Of a stretch of DNA of 49,698 bases, positions 21,781-33,167 are shown one piece after another; the stretch's first letter is position 1, and each line of letters starts with the position of its first letter. Source of the stretch: an uncultured Alphaproteobacteria bacterium (lineage in GTDB: Bacteria > Pseudomonadota > Alphaproteobacteria > Caulobacterales > Caulobacteraceae). The notes under the pieces were generated by a model. That model ran no database searches, was not told the origin of the DNA, and worked only from the letters and a program-made list of their open reading frames with translations. The stretch lies in contig CAIZKE010000208.1 of assembly GCA_903933475.1 (NCBI GenBank), forward strand, positions 1 to 49,698, given 5' to 3'. Both the position numbers and the translations under genes were made by a program.

Positions 21781-23754
21781 ATGCCTGTCTCGCCCGTCAA
21801 AATGGCCGATGCCATCCGCGTCCTTTCCATGGATGCGGTGCACAGGGCGAAATCCGGCCACCAGGGCATGCCCATGGGTATGGCGGACGTCGCCACCGTG
21901 CTCTGGACCAAGTTCCTGAAGTTCGACGCCTCCCGCCCTGACTGGGCGGACCGGGATCGCTTTGTCCTGTCCGCCGGGCACGGCTCCATGCTGCTCTACG
22001 CCCTGCTGCACCTGACCGGCTACAAGGCCGTCACGATGGACCAGATCCGGGACTTCCGGCAGTGGGGCTCCAGGACTCCCGGCCACCCGGAGTTCGGCCA
22101 TACGCCAGGGGTGGAGACCACCACCGGTCCCCTCGGCCAGGGCCTTGCCACCGCCGTGGGCATGGCCATGGCCGAACGCCACCTGGCCGCCCGGTTCGGC
22201 GAGGACCTCGTCGATCACCGCACCTGGGTCATCGCCGGGGACGGCTGCCTGATGGAGGGCGTGAGCCACGAGGCTGCCTCCATCGCCGGGCGCTTCGGCC
22301 TGAACCGGCTGACCGTCCTCTTCGACGACAACAACACCACCATCGACGGCGTCGCGACCATCGCCGAGACGGGCGACCAACTGGCTCGGTTCAAGGCCTA
22401 TGGCTGGGCCGTGAAGGCCGTGGATGGCCATGACCACGGCAGGATCGCTGCCGCCCTGCGCTGGGCGGTGAAGCAGGATCGTCCGACCCTGATCGCCTGC
22501 CGCACGCACATCTCGAAGGGTGCGGGCCCCAAGGAGGGCGATCCCCACAGCCACGGCTACACCCTGTTCGACGCCGAGATCGCCGAGGCCCGCAAGGCCA
22601 TGGGCTGGGACCTGCCCCCGTTTGAGCTGCCGGACGACCTGGTCAGGACCTGGCGCCGGGCGGGCCGCCGGGGCGTGCGGGCTCGCAAGGCCTGGCAGGC
22701 GCGACTGGCTGGCTCTGTGAAAGGATCGGACTTCCAGCGCGCCGTCGCCGGCGACCTGCCCGCCGACGCCTTCGCCGCCCTCGACGCCCACATCGCCGCC
22801 GCTGTGGAGGCCCGGCCCGCCGCCGCCACCCGCCAGCATTCCGGCGCGGCCCTGGACCACCTGTTCCCGGCCATCCCGGAAATGATCGGCGGCTCCGCCG
22901 ACCTGACGGGGTCGAATAACACCTTCGTCAAGGGCACGGCTGCCTTCGACGTCCCGGACTATGCCGGCCGCTATGTCCACTGGGGCGTGCGCGAGCACGG
23001 CATGGCTGCGGCCATGAACGGCATGGCCCTGCACGGCGGGGTGATCCCCTTCTCGGGCACCTTCCTGGTCTTCTCGGACTATTCCCGGCCCGCCATCCGC
23101 CTGGGTGCCCTGATGGGGGCCAGGGTCGTCCACGTCATGACCCACGACTCCATCGGGGTGGGAGAGGACGGGCCGACCCACCAGCCGGTGGAGCACGTGG
23201 CCTCGCTCCGGGCCATGCCCAACCTCCTGGTCTTCCGCCCGGCCGACGCCGTGGAGACTGCCGAGTGCTGGAAGCTGGCCGTCTCGGCCCGAACCACCTC
23301 CTCGGTCATGGCCCTGTCCCGCCAGAAGGCCCCTGCCGTGCGCACTGCCGCCTCGGGTGAAAACCTCTCGGCCCACGGCGCCTACCAGCTGGCCGCCGCC
23401 GGCTCGCCAGCCCGGGTCACCCTGTTCGCCTCCGGAACCGAGGTCGCCGTGGCCCTGGCGGCTCGCGACCTGCTCGAGGCCGAAGGGATCGGGACCCGCG
23501 TGGTCTCCACCCCCTGCTGGGAGCTCTTCGAGGCCCAGACCGACCGCTACAAGGCGGCGGTCATCGGCGAGACCGAGGTGAAGGCCGCGGTCGAGGCGGG
23601 CGTGCGCATGGGCTGGGACCGCTTCATCGGCCCGGACGGCGTCTTCGTGGGCATGGAGGGCTTTGGCGCCTCGGCCCCGGCCGAGCGCCTCTACGAGGCG
23701 TTCGGCATCACCGCCCGGGCGGTGGCCGACGCCGTCCGCCAGAAGCTGGGCTGA
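21781..23754 (+). CDS. tkt: Transketolase
   Basis: SGHQGMPMG, DRFVLSAGHGS, GDGCLMEG and THDSIGVGEDGPTHQP. Start is 21781 or 21802. Confidence 0.98.
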   Translation: MPVSPVKMADAIRVLSMDAVHRAKSGHQGMPMGMADVATVLWTKFLKFDASRPDWADRDRFVLSAGHGSMLLYALLHLTGYKAVTMDQIRDFRQWGSRTPGHPEFGHTPGVETTTGPLGQGLATAVGMAMAERHLAARFGEDLVDHRTWVIAGDGCLMEGVSHEAASIAGRFGLNRLTVLFDDNNTTIDGVATIAETGDQLARFKAYGWAVKAVDGHDHGRIAAALRWAVKQDRPTLIACRTHISKGAGPKEGDPHSHGYTLFDAEIAEARKAMGWDLPPFELPDDLVRTWRRAGRRGVRARKAWQARLAGSVKGSDFQRAVAGDLPADAFAALDAHIAAAVEARPAAATRQHSGAALDHLFPAIPEMIGGSADLTGSNNTFVKGTAAFDVPDYAGRYVHWGVREHGMAAAMNGMALHGGVIPFSGTFLVFSDYSRPAIRLGALMGARVVHVMTHDSIGVGEDGPTHQPVEHVASLRAMPNLLVFRPADAVETAECWKLAVSARTTSSVMALSRQKAPAVRTAASGENLSAHGAYQLAAAGSPARVTLFASGTEVAVALAARDLLEAEGIGTRVVSTPCWELFEAQTDRYKAAVIGETEVKAAVEAGVRMGWDRFIGPDGVFVGMEGFGASAPAERLYEAFGITARAVADAVRQKLG

Positions 23755-23757
23755 GCC

Positions 23758-24969
23758 GTGGCCGCGCCCTCCCGCCTGGGCACGCCCCTGTCGCCCTCCG
23801 CCGTGAGGGTGCTTCTCCTGGGCTCGGGCGAACTGGGCAAGGAGGTGGCAATCGAGCTGCAGCGCCTGGGCTGTGAGGTTATTGCCGCTGACCGCTATGC
23901 CGACGCCCCGGCCATGCAGGTCGCCCACCGCAGCCATGTCCTGGCCATGACCGATGCCGCGGCCCTGAGGGCCCTGGTCGAGGCCGAGCGACCGCACCTG
24001 ATCGTGCCTGAGATCGAGGCCATCGCCACGGATGAACTGGTGCGGATCGAGGCCGAGGGCCTGGCGACCGTCATCCCCACGGCTCGCGCCGCCCAGCTGA
24101 CCATGAACCGCGAGGGCATCCGACGCCTGGCCGCCGAGACCCTGGGCCTGCCCACCTCGCCCTATGCCTTTGCCAGTTCGGAGGCTGAATTGGCCGACGC
24201 AGCGGCCCGGGTCACGGGCTTCCCCTGCTTCGTCAAGCCGGTGATGAGCTCTTCGGGCAAGGGCCAGTCCTTTGTCGAGGACCCCGCGGGGATCACCGAA
24301 GCCTGGCGCTATGCCCTGGAGGCGGGCCGGGTGGAGCAGGCCCGGGTCATCGTCGAGGGCCGGGTCGCCTTTGACTATGAGATCACCCAGCTGACGGTCC
24401 GCAGCCTGGGCGCTGACGGTTCCGTTCGCACCGACTTCTGCGCGCCCATCGGCCACCGCCAGGTCAAGGGCGACTATGTCGAAAGCTGGCAGCCCCAGCC
24501 CATGTCCGACCTCGCCCTGGAGCGCGCCCGCGGGATCGCCGAGGCAGTCACGGACGAGTTGGGTGGCCTGGGGCTCTTCGGGGTCGAGCTCTTCGTAAAG
24601 GGCGACGAGGTCTGGTTCTCGGAAGTCAGCCCCCGGCCGCATGACACGGGCCTGGTCACCCTGGCCACCCAGGCCCAGAGCGAGTTCGCCCTCCACGCCC
24701 GGGCCATACTCGGCCTGCCAGTGGACGCCAGCCTGCGCGAGACCGGCGCCAGCGCGGTGATCTACGGCGGCCTGGAGGCCCGGGGCGTGGCCTTCGAAGG
24801 GGTCGCCGAAGCCCTTTCCGTGCCGGGCGCGGACCTGCGGCTGTTCGCCAAGCCCGAAGCCTTCGAGCGCCGCCGTATGGGGGTGGCCCTGGCCCGGGCG
24901 GAGGACATCGAGACCGCCCGCGAGCGGGCCCTTGAGGCCGCCTCCCGGGTGCGGGTGGTCCGCGCCTGA
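23758..24969 (+). CDS. purT: Formate-dependent phosphoribosylglycinamide formyltransferase
   Basis: [32 protein letters not shown] and RRMGVALA. Confidence 0.96.
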   Translation: MAAPSRLGTPLSPSAVRVLLLGSGELGKEVAIELQRLGCEVIAADRYADAPAMQVAHRSHVLAMTDAAALRALVEAERPHLIVPEIEAIATDELVRIEAEGLATVIPTARAAQLTMNREGIRRLAAETLGLPTSPYAFASSEAELADAAARVTGFPCFVKPVMSSSGKGQSFVEDPAGITEAWRYALEAGRVEQARVIVEGRVAFDYEITQLTVRSLGADGSVRTDFCAPIGHRQVKGDYVESWQPQPMSDLALERARGIAEAVTDELGGLGLFGVELFVKGDEVWFSEVSPRPHDTGLVTLATQAQSEFALHARAILGLPVDASLRETGASAVIYGGLEARGVAFEGVAEALSVPGADLRLFAKPEAFERRRMGVALARAEDIETARERALEAASRVRVVRA

Positions 24970-25023
24970 ACCCCTCGATCCGTGCGCCGGAGGGAGCGGT
25001 CGCCGAAACCGCCCCGGTCAGGG

Positions 25024-25050
25024 TTGACTTCCCCCTCGCGGACCTAAAAA
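25024..25050 (+). promoter_or_regulatory. Possible internal housekeeping promoter for gap-pgk-fba
   Basis: TTGACT...CCTAAAAA in the 123-nt gap upstream of gap. Confidence 0.35.
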
Positions 25051-25092
25051 ACCGCGACGAAATACCCCGCGTGAAGGTTCGGAGACCGATTC

Positions 25093-26100
25093 ATGACTGT
25101 GCGTGTCGCCATCAACGGATTCGGCCGGATCGGCCGCAATATCCTGCGCTCCCTGGTCGAGCATGGCCGCACCGACATCGAGGTCGTCGCGATCAACGAC
25201 CTGGGTCCGGTTGAGACCAACGCCCACCTGTTTCGATACGACAGCGTCCATGGCCGCTTCGCCGGCGAAGTGAAGGTGGACGGCGACACGATCGATGTTG
25301 GCCGCGGCAGGATCAAGGTCACCGCCGTTCGCGACCCGGCCGAGCTGCCGCACCGCGACCTGGGCGTCGACATCGCCTTCGAGTGCACCGGCATCTTCAC
25401 CTCCAGGGACAAGGCCAGCGCCCACCTGGCAGCCGGTGCCAAGCGGGTCCTGGTCAGCGCGCCCTGCGACAATGCCGACAAGACCATCGTCTATGGGGTC
25501 AACCACAACACCCTGACCGCCGCCGACCTGGTGGTGTCCAACGCCTCGTGCACCACCAACTGCCTCGCCCCTGTGGCCAAGGTGCTTCAGGACCTGGCCG
25601 GCATCGAGCGCGGCTACATGACCACCATCCACTCCTACACAGGCGACCAGCCGACGCTGGATACCATGCACAAGGACCTCTACCGCGCCCGCGCTGCGGC
25701 CATGTCCATGATCCCGACCTCCACCGGGGCGGCCAAGGCCCTGGGCCTGGTCATCCCGGAACTGCAGGGCAAGCTCGACGGCTCTTCCATCCGTGTGCCG
25801 ACGCCGAATGTCTCGGTGATCGACCTGGTCTGGACCCCGGGCCGCACACTGACCGTCAAGGAAATCAACGACGCCCTGCGCGCCGCCGCCGAAGGTCCCC
25901 TGAAGGGGGTGCTGGCAGTCACCGATGAGGCCCTGGTCTCCACCGACTTCAACCACGTGGCGGCGTCCTCGACCGTGGCCCTGGCCCAGACCCAGGTGAT
26001 TGACGGCGGCCTCGGCCGGATCCTGTCCTGGTACGACAACGAGTGGGGCTTCTCCTCACGGATGAGCGACACCGCCATGGCCATGGCCCGCCTGATCTGA
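25093..26100 (+). CDS. gap: Glyceraldehyde-3-phosphate dehydrogenase (type I)
   Basis: [21 protein letters not shown] and WYDNEWGF. Confidence 0.99.
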   Translation: MTVRVAINGFGRIGRNILRSLVEHGRTDIEVVAINDLGPVETNAHLFRYDSVHGRFAGEVKVDGDTIDVGRGRIKVTAVRDPAELPHRDLGVDIAFECTGIFTSRDKASAHLAAGAKRVLVSAPCDNADKTIVYGVNHNTLTAADLVVSNASCTTNCLAPVAKVLQDLAGIERGYMTTIHSYTGDQPTLDTMHKDLYRARAAAMSMIPTSTGAAKALGLVIPELQGKLDGSSIRVPTPNVSVIDLVWTPGRTLTVKEINDALRAAAEGPLKGVLAVTDEALVSTDFNHVAASSTVALAQTQVIDGGLGRILSWYDNEWGFSSRMSDTAMAMARLI

Positions 26101-26104
26101 GCCC

Positions 26105-27307
26105 ATGGCCTTCCAGACCCTTGACGACGTTTCCCTGGCCGGGGTCAGGGCCCTGGTGCGGGTGGATTTCAATGTCCCCATGGCCGACGGCGTCGTCACT
26201 GACGATACCCGCCTGAGGGCTGCGGTCCCGACCATTGAGAAGCTGCGCGCCGGCGGGGCGAAGGTGATCCTCCTGGCCCACTTTGACCGGCCCAAGGGCA
26301 AGTGGGTCCAGGAGATGAGCCTTGCCCCCATCGCCCCGGCCCTGACGGCGGTCCTGGGGTGCCCCGTGGCCTTTGTTGCCGACTGCGCCGGCAAGGATGT
26401 CGAAGCCGCCGTCGTCGCCATGGCCCCCGGCGACGTGATCCTGCTGGAAAACGTCCGCTTCTATCCGGGCGAGGAGGCCAACGATCCAGCCTTCGCCCGC
26501 GCCCTGGCCGCCAATGGCGACCTCTACGTCAACGACGCCTTCTCGGCCGCCCACCGGGCCCACGCCTCCACCGAAGGCCTGGCCCATATCCTTCCCGCCT
26601 GCGCCGGTGAACAGATGCGGCTGGAGCTGAACGCTCTGGACCGCGCCCTGGGCCGGCCCGAGCGCCCGGTGATGGGCATTGTCGGCGGATCAAAGGTCTC
26701 GACCAAGCTGGACCTCCTCTCCAACCTCGTCACCCGCCTGGACAAGCTGGCCATCGGCGGGGGCATGGCCAACACCTTCCTCTTCGCCCAGGGGCATGAG
26801 GTCGGCGCCTCCTACTGCGAGAAGGACCTTGCGGACACGGCGCGGGAGATCATCCGCCTGGCCGGCCAGCACAACTGCAAGCTCTTCCTGCCCATCGACA
26901 TTGTCGTCGCCGAGAAGCTGGCGCCCGGCGCCCCGGCCCGGGTGCGCGAGCTGGGCGCCATGGACGACGAGGAGCGGATCCTCGACGCCGGCCCCAAGAC
27001 CGTGGAGCGCCTGCGCCGGGCCATGGCCAACTCAAAGACCCTAGTCTGGAACGGCCCCCTCGGCGTCTTCGAGATGCCGCCCTTCGACCGGGGAACGGTG
27101 GAGGCCGCCCGTGCCGCCGCCGACCTGGTCAAGGCCGGCAAGCTGGTGGCGGTGGCCGGCGGGGGCGATACAGTGGCGGCCCTGCATCATGCAGGCTGCG
27201 CCGACGATTTCACCTTTGTCTCGACGGCCGGCGGCGCCTTCCTGGAGTGGATGGAGGGCAAGATCCTGCCCGGCGTCGCCGCCCTGTCGAAACAGTCCCA
27301 ACGCTAA
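26105..27307 (+). CDS. pgk: Phosphoglycerate kinase
   Basis: [28 protein letters not shown] and STAGGAFLE. Confidence 0.99.
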   Translation: MAFQTLDDVSLAGVRALVRVDFNVPMADGVVTDDTRLRAAVPTIEKLRAGGAKVILLAHFDRPKGKWVQEMSLAPIAPALTAVLGCPVAFVADCAGKDVEAAVVAMAPGDVILLENVRFYPGEEANDPAFARALAANGDLYVNDAFSAAHRAHASTEGLAHILPACAGEQMRLELNALDRALGRPERPVMGIVGGSKVSTKLDLLSNLVTRLDKLAIGGGMANTFLFAQGHEVGASYCEKDLADTAREIIRLAGQHNCKLFLPIDIVVAEKLAPGAPARVRELGAMDDEERILDAGPKTVERLRRAMANSKTLVWNGPLGVFEMPPFDRGTVEAARAAADLVKAGKLVAVAGGGDTVAALHHAGCADDFTFVSTAGGAFLEWMEGKILPGVAALSKQSQR

Positions 27308-27319
27308 CGGAGACGGCAC

Positions 27320-28384
27320 ATGGCCCGGATCACCCTGAGACAGCTCCTCGATCACGCCGCCGAGCACGGCTATGGCGTCCCGGCCTTCAACATCAACAAC
27401 ATGGAGCAGGGCCTGGCCATCCTGGAGGCGGCCGATGCGACGGACTCAGCCGTCATCATCCAGGCCAGCCGGGGCGCCCGCTCCTACGCCAACGACATCG
27501 TCCTCAAGCACCTGATCGACGCCCTGGCCGAGATGTACCCGCACATCCCGATCTGCATGCACCAGGACCACGGGAACAACGAGGCGACCTGCGCCACAGC
27601 TATCCAGTATGGCTTCACCTCGGTGATGATGGACGGCTCGCTGATGGCCGACGGCAAGACCCCCGCCGACTATGACTACAATGTCCGCGTCACCCGTAAC
27701 GTGGTGGACATGGCCCACTGGGTCGGCGCCTCGGTGGAGGGCGAACTGGGCGTGCTGGGCAGCCTCGAGACCGGCATGGGCGAGAAGGAGGACGGCCACG
27801 GCTTCGAGGGCAAGCTCGACCATGACCAGCTGCTGACCGATCCCGACCAGGCCGTGGCCTTCGTCAAGGCCACCCAGGTCGACGCCCTGGCCATTGCCAT
27901 GGGCACCAGCCACGGCGCCTACAAGTTCACCCGCAAGCCGGACGGCGACGTCCTGGCCATGAACGTGATCGAGGAGATCCACCGCCGCCTGCCCAACACC
28001 CACCTGGTCATGCACGGCTCCTCCAGCGTGCCTCAGGACCTCCAGGACATCATCAACCAGTACGGCGGCGAGATGCCCCAGACCTGGGGCGTGCCGGTGG
28101 AGGAGATCCAGCGTGGCATCAAGAACGGGGTGCGCAAGATCAACATCGACACCGACAACCGGATGGCCATGACCGGCGCCATCCGCAAGGTCTTCGCCGA
28201 GAACCCCGGCGAGTTTGACCCGCGCAAGTACCTCAAGCCCGCCATGGAAGCCATGCGCGCGGTCTGCCGCCAGCGCTTCGAGGAGTTCGGCACGGCGGGC
28301 CACGCCTCGAAGATCCGGGCCATCCCCCTGTCGGACATGGCCAAGCGCTATGCCTCGGGCAGCCTTTCGCCGAAGGTCGGCTGA
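27320..28384 (+). CDS. fba: Fructose-bisphosphate aldolase class II
   Basis: [27 protein letters not shown] and KINIDTD. Confidence 0.98.
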   Translation: MARITLRQLLDHAAEHGYGVPAFNINNMEQGLAILEAADATDSAVIIQASRGARSYANDIVLKHLIDALAEMYPHIPICMHQDHGNNEATCATAIQYGFTSVMMDGSLMADGKTPADYDYNVRVTRNVVDMAHWVGASVEGELGVLGSLETGMGEKEDGHGFEGKLDHDQLLTDPDQAVAFVKATQVDALAIAMGTSHGAYKFTRKPDGDVLAMNVIEEIHRRLPNTHLVMHGSSSVPQDLQDIINQYGGEMPQTWGVPVEEIQRGIKNGVRKINIDTDNRMAMTGAIRKVFAENPGEFDPRKYLKPAMEAMRAVCRQRFEEFGTAGHASKIRAIPLSDMAKRYASGSLSPKVG

Positions 28385-31300
28385 GGCGGAGCGATCCTCC
28401 GGGCCCTGTCCACCAGGTAGTAAAGGGCCGACCGGCTGGGCATAAAGAAGTAGCCCCCGCCTCGGACGGTCACGAAGTCCGGGATCCCCTTCAGCCGGCG
28501 CACCGTCCGCCCGTCCGGCAGGGACAGGTCCTGGAGCTGGCCGTCGGTGTCGACAAGGGGATCGGACTCCCCCGTCAGGCCATGGAAGGACGGGTCGCCG
28601 ATCCAGGTCTGCTGGACGAACTCGAACTGCCGCTCCAGGTCGGAGCAGGCGGCCAGGAAGATCAGGCCCTCGGTAGGACTCTCCCCCTTGGCGCCCGGCT
28701 CGGCATAGGCCCGGCCCCGGCGCAGGATCCGGTGGCTGCTGATGTGATTTGGGGTCTTGAGGTCGTCCGCTATCAGGCTGTCCCGCGGATTTGTGCGCCG
28801 GACATGGGACCCGAGGGGGCAGGCGAAGCCCCGGGGGTCCAGGGTGGCGTAGAGGAAGTCGTCGGTCGTGTCGGGTTTTCGCGGCTGCCGGTCGGGATAG
28901 AGAACCACCGGCGACCCATCCCGCCATCTCCCCACCATCTTCGCGGCGACCCAGTCAGCGTCCACCTTGGGTGCGCCAGCCTGTCGCAACAGGGCTGCCG
29001 CCGCCTGCCGTGTGTAGTCGATGAAGCCCGCTACATCCTGTTCCAGCTGGCGCACCACCAGGAAGGTCCCGTTGCGGCCGAAATCATGGTCCGCCGCCGC
29101 GCCTGTTTCCCGGCCAAAGGCCGGATAGCGCCTGTACGCCTGGCCGCGGATCGCGGGAAGGATATCCAGTGGATCGAGGTACCCGGGGATCTCGCAGGTC
29201 GGGGGCAGGCCGCCACGCATGTGAGGGTAGCCCAGGAGGATTTCCCCGGGTGAGACCTGGTCGGCTGGTAGCCCCGGATTCCCCCGGAGGCCCTTGATGG
29301 CCGGGTTGGAAATGCCGTCGGCAAACCCGAAGGGCTCAGCCCGCAGGCCACTCTCCAGCACCGGACGGACCGGGCTGGTGATCATCTTCACCAGCGAAAG
29401 GCCGTGGGCATTTACGTGGCGGGCGATGACCGCCTGACAGGTTTCAGGATTGACCCCGTAGACCAGAAGTACTGCGTCCACGGAGCGGTCGCCTTCCGGA
29501 CGCCCGGTCCAGGGCGAAGAGTCTGACCACTGCCAAGAGGTCGGAGACGAAGGCCCGCCGTCCCTCAGCACGCGGGACCGGCCTCCCATGCCCTGGTTGA
29601 ATGGGGCCAGGAAGGCGCCGAGCCCCATGCCGGAGTCCGGCGCGGGTAGGCCCAGTTTTGTCAGTCCGGTGGCGGTGAAGGCCACGAAGGTCGCCGTAGG
29701 CTCTTCCGGTAAGGCGCGCCGATCGCCGGCCAGCAACTGGGACCAGAGCTGCTGTTCCCACCTGTGCGGATCGGGGTCCTCGTTCCCGAAGTTCACGGTC
29801 TTGGTGAGGGCGTCAGTCCACGAAACGAGGTTGGCGGCGGGATCGAGCCGCACAAGCCCGCAGGCCATGGCTGGCAGGGAGCCAAGGCCCCGGAGGATCA
29901 GGGTCTGGATCTCGGGGGTCTCGATTTCCCGGTCCGGCCGCTTGACCGAGGCCAGCATGTCGAGCCAGTCGCGCGCCTCGCTGGCGTTGGCGGCCCGCAT
30001 GAGGCCGTCGTGGATCAGCGCATTCCTGCGAATGTTCTCCAGGGTCAGGCCCGGATAGCCCGAGAACCAGAAGTTGGTCTTCTGCAGGGAGCGCTTGGCG
30101 AAGCGCTTGAAGGCGTCGGGGTCGGACGCGCCATCCAGCACGAGCAGCCGCGGGGTGGGCGCGCCCTGGCTGTGTCCCCAAGCCAGGTTCAGGCCTACCG
30201 ACGCCAGGGCGGTGAAGTCTTCCAGGTAGCTCAGCCAGGAGCCATCGTAGTTGGAAAGGAAGACCATGGATTTCGCACCCGGAGGCTTCACCCAACGGGC
30301 AAAGTGGATGGTTCCCATCCGCGCCAGGTTGCCCGGGCGGAAGGCGAAGAGCGCCAGGAGCCGGATGATCCACATGCCCAGGGCCAGGGTGTACCTCCGG
30401 AACGGCCCCGCCTTCAGCCGGGTGACCGAGATCATATGGTTCTGCGCGTAACCCGGTTCATTCTCGAAGGTCTCCACCTCTGTGACCTGTGCGGGAGAGG
30501 CGTTGCTCGGGTCACTGCGGTCTCCCGCCTCGTGGGCGAGCAGGATGAGCGTGAACAGGCCTGCCGCCAGGCCGGCGGTGACCAGGGTCGCAATCGACAC
30601 CCAGATGAGGCTCTCTCCGAGGATACCGGCGATGTCCAAGGCACCCGGGAGAGGGCCTCCGCCCGGAAAGATCCGTAGGGCTGCCACGATACCTACGGCG
30701 AGAGCGAGGAGGACGCCGAAGGTTATTGCCCTCTGGCGGTCTGCGGCGATTAGGGCGGCGACCCGGCCGGGCGGAGGGTTCTCACTGTCCCGACTTGTGA
30801 CGTAGTCCGCAAAGGCAAGCCGCTGGCTTCTCGGTCGGATGAGGAAGCTCCTGAAGGCGGCGCCCTTCTGGAGCAAGGGCTCCATCGCCTTTGGATTGGG
30901 TGCGGTCGTGACGACGCCAGGATCCTGGCGGATCAGTCGCCGGACCGTGTCCAGGACACTCAGGGCGTCGGGGGCGGCCCCCTTGTCCCTGGCGCCGAGG
31001 CCGGACCCGACGGGGCCGTGGAGGTTCAAGCTGTCGATCACCTCTCGGACGAAATCTGCCAGTTCCTTCTGCCGGCGGATATCCGAGGCGGAGATTCCGA
31101 TGGAGCCCGGATACTGGAGGCCCGTCGCGCCCCAGGGCGTGCACCGGATGTCCAGGACGTTCTTTTTCAGGAACCGCGCGAGGTCGTCCGTTGTCGCCAG
31201 CGAGGGATCCACCTGCCTGAATACGGGCAGCCAGTCCGTCATCCCGCTGGCAAGGGCGGGGATCGCTGCCTCGGCGTCCCCGTCCACATTCAGGTCACCC

Positions 31301-33102
31301 ATGAGCCAATGCTCGGGCTTGGTCGCCGTGCCCAGGTCCAGGACGCTGAAGGAGGCGAAGTGAACGATATCGGCGGTTCCCAGGCCGCCCTTCGCTGGCG
31401 ACTGCCTCAGACCTTGCAGGTCCTGCTGGATCCGGGCGGGATTCGCTCCCGGCGGTAGCAGGGCCGCGATGACCATCAGGGTCTGCTGGGAGGCGAAGAC
31501 GACGGGCCTTGCATTCACATCGCTGGATCTGTCCGGTTTCCAGGTCATCTCCATGTGGCGAGGGAAGGGGCCAGCGGACCGGACCTTGCCCGCATTGCCG
31601 GGCGCAGGCGCCAGTTCCTCGCGGGAGAAGAGGGCCACGGCGATCTCGACCATCACGGCGACGGCGAGGTGAATACCGACGCATTTGTGGTCGCCCCAGC
31701 CGAACATGATCTCGGCGGCCTGCTTTTCCGCCAGGGGCCGGTCGGGGTTGAAGGTGTTGGGTCGCCGGAATCGACGGCCGTCCCGCAGGGCGGAGGCGGT
31801 GGCCACCATGACCAGGTCGCCGGCCTTGACAGGAGCAGCGCGCAGCGTCCCCTCGGCGATCACGCCCTTCGCTGCGGCGATCCGGAACTGGCCCGGATAG
31901 AGGGTCGGCGACAGCCGGGCGGCCTCCATCAGGATCTCCCGAAGGCGGGCGCGGGCCGCGGTCTGTGCTCCGGGATCTACCTCGCGAGCCGCCCTTGCGA
32001 GGTGCCGGGCCTCCTCCCACCACTCAGGCCAGGAGAGCAGTTCCTCGATGATGGCGGTCATGCCGATGGTCGTCGTCGGGATCATTCCCGTCGCATTGCC
32101 GGTCAGGAAGGTGATGATCTCGGCGTGGGTGATCCCGCCCTTCTTCTTCAGCGCGAGCAGCCGGTCGATGACGGTGTTGGCACCGGGACACTTCTCGGCA
32201 ACGTCAAGGCTCCGCTCGACCACGGCCCGGAAGTGGCGAGCTGCCTGCAGGGCCTGAGAGCGGGTCTCAGGCTTGCCGAAGGGGTCCGCGAAGATCATCC
32301 GCGACATGCCGATGGTCCAGTCGGCAAGGGCGTCGGGGTCGGGGGCCTCCAGGCCGAAGTAATCGATGCAGGTCTCCGCGGCCGTCCGCCGGATGAGGTC
32401 GGCGACCACGTCTATCCGGCCCTGTGACTGTTCCACGAGGTTGGTGGCCACCTCGGCGGCCCGTCCCTCGACCCGGGCGCGATCACCGGGATTCGCGATC
32501 TGGCCGACGACCCCGTTGAGGACCTGGCGCGCCGCAGCATGTTCCGCGCCGTTCATGCCAAGCACGAAGTTGGTCCCCTGGCCCATGTCCATCATTTCCG
32601 CGCCATAGGCGGTCTCAAAGACGGCAGAATTGTTGAGGACTGCGGCCACGTCGTCGTACCGGGTCACCAGCCGGAAGGGGATCGGCCAGAGCCTGGCGTT
32701 CGGTGCGATGACCCGGATTACCCCCAGGCCCAGCCCGGTGATGGCCTTGATGAAGCTGTCCATGCCAATGGCGAGGCCGCCGGGGGGGGCCTCCGGGTCC
32801 AGCCTGAAGGGCTCAGGCTTCTGGAAGGGATCGGCCGCCTCAAGCGCCCGGGCAGCCTTGATCTTGCCCCAGTACTTCTGGGTCAGCTTCTGCCTGAGGT
32901 CGCCGGGGCCTCCCCGAGCCCACCAAAGGGCCGCCGCCCCCAAGACCAGGATGGCTGCCAGGCCCAGGGCGAAGGGGGCAAGCACAGGCCAGGTTCTCAG
33001 GGCCCAGGCCACGACAATGCTGCTCAGCCACAGGGCGGCTGCGATCGGCAGGGTCCAGAGGCCCGCGACCAGAATGAATTCCCGTATGCGTCCCGCCCAC
33101 AT
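28348..33102 (-). CDS. Membrane-anchored cytochrome P450 / uncharacterised HFA-repeat domain / DyP-type peroxidase fusion (~1584 aa)
   Basis: One uninterrupted ORF. P450 part: ExxR (EAAR), FNPDR meander and [10 protein letters not shown] heme-thiolate motif. DyP part: [47 protein letters not shown] and GGGYFFMPS. Start placed at ATG 33102 after GGGAG. Confidence 0.9.
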   Translation of the reverse strand: MWAGRIREFILVAGLWTLPIAAALWLSSIVVAWALRTWPVLAPFALGLAAILVLGAAALWWARGGPGDLRQKLTQKYWGKIKAARALEAADPFQKPEPFRLDPEAPPGGLAIGMDSFIKAITGLGLGVIRVIAPNARLWPIPFRLVTRYDDVAAVLNNSAVFETAYGAEMMDMGQGTNFVLGMNGAEHAAARQVLNGVVGQIANPGDRARVEGRAAEVATNLVEQSQGRIDVVADLIRRTAAETCIDYFGLEAPDPDALADWTIGMSRMIFADPFGKPETRSQALQAARHFRAVVERSLDVAEKCPGANTVIDRLLALKKKGGITHAEIITFLTGNATGMIPTTTIGMTAIIEELLSWPEWWEEARHLARAAREVDPGAQTAARARLREILMEAARLSPTLYPGQFRIAAAKGVIAEGTLRAAPVKAGDLVMVATASALRDGRRFRRPNTFNPDRPLAEKQAAEIMFGWGDHKCVGIHLAVAVMVEIAVALFSREELAPAPGNAGKVRSAGPFPRHMEMTWKPDRSSDVNARPVVFASQQTLMVIAALLPPGANPARIQQDLQGLRQSPAKGGLGTADIVHFASFSVLDLGTATKPEHWLMGDLNVDGDAEAAIPALASGMTDWLPVFRQVDPSLATTDDLARFLKKNVLDIRCTPWGATGLQYPGSIGISASDIRRQKELADFVREVIDSLNLHGPVGSGLGARDKGAAPDALSVLDTVRRLIRQDPGVVTTAPNPKAMEPLLQKGAAFRSFLIRPRSQRLAFADYVTSRDSENPPPGRVAALIAADRQRAITFGVLLALAVGIVAALRIFPGGGPLPGALDIAGILGESLIWVSIATLVTAGLAAGLFTLILLAHEAGDRSDPSNASPAQVTEVETFENEPGYAQNHMISVTRLKAGPFRRYTLALGMWIIRLLALFAFRPGNLARMGTIHFARWVKPPGAKSMVFLSNYDGSWLSYLEDFTALASVGLNLAWGHSQGAPTPRLLVLDGASDPDAFKRFAKRSLQKTNFWFSGYPGLTLENIRRNALIHDGLMRAANASEARDWLDMLASVKRPDREIETPEIQTLILRGLGSLPAMACGLVRLDPAANLVSWTDALTKTVNFGNEDPDPHRWEQQLWSQLLAGDRRALPEEPTATFVAFTATGLTKLGLPAPDSGMGLGAFLAPFNQGMGGRSRVLRDGGPSSPTSWQWSDSSPWTGRPEGDRSVDAVLLVYGVNPETCQAVIARHVNAHGLSLVKMITSPVRPVLESGLRAEPFGFADGISNPAIKGLRGNPGLPADQVSPGEILLGYPHMRGGLPPTCEIPGYLDPLDILPAIRGQAYRRYPAFGRETGAAADHDFGRNGTFLVVRQLEQDVAGFIDYTRQAAAALLRQAGAPKVDADWVAAKMVGRWRDGSPVVLYPDRQPRKPDTTDDFLYATLDPRGFACPLGSHVRRTNPRDSLIADDLKTPNHISSHRILRRGRAYAEPGAKGESPTEGLIFLAACSDLERQFEFVQQTWIGDPSFHGLTGESDPLVDTDGQLQDLSLPDGRTVRRLKGIPDFVTVRGGGYFFMPSRSALYYLVDRARRIAPPQPTFGERLPEA

Positions 33103-33167
33103 GGCCCCACTCCCGTTCCTGCCTGACGACCTGAAAGAGTGCAGAGCCAGACGGCTCCAGCCGGCGC

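Noticed and set aside
21709-24696. 995-aa minus-strand ORF
   Set aside because: Antisense shadow of tkt and purT, typical of high-GC DNA; no recognisable motifs.
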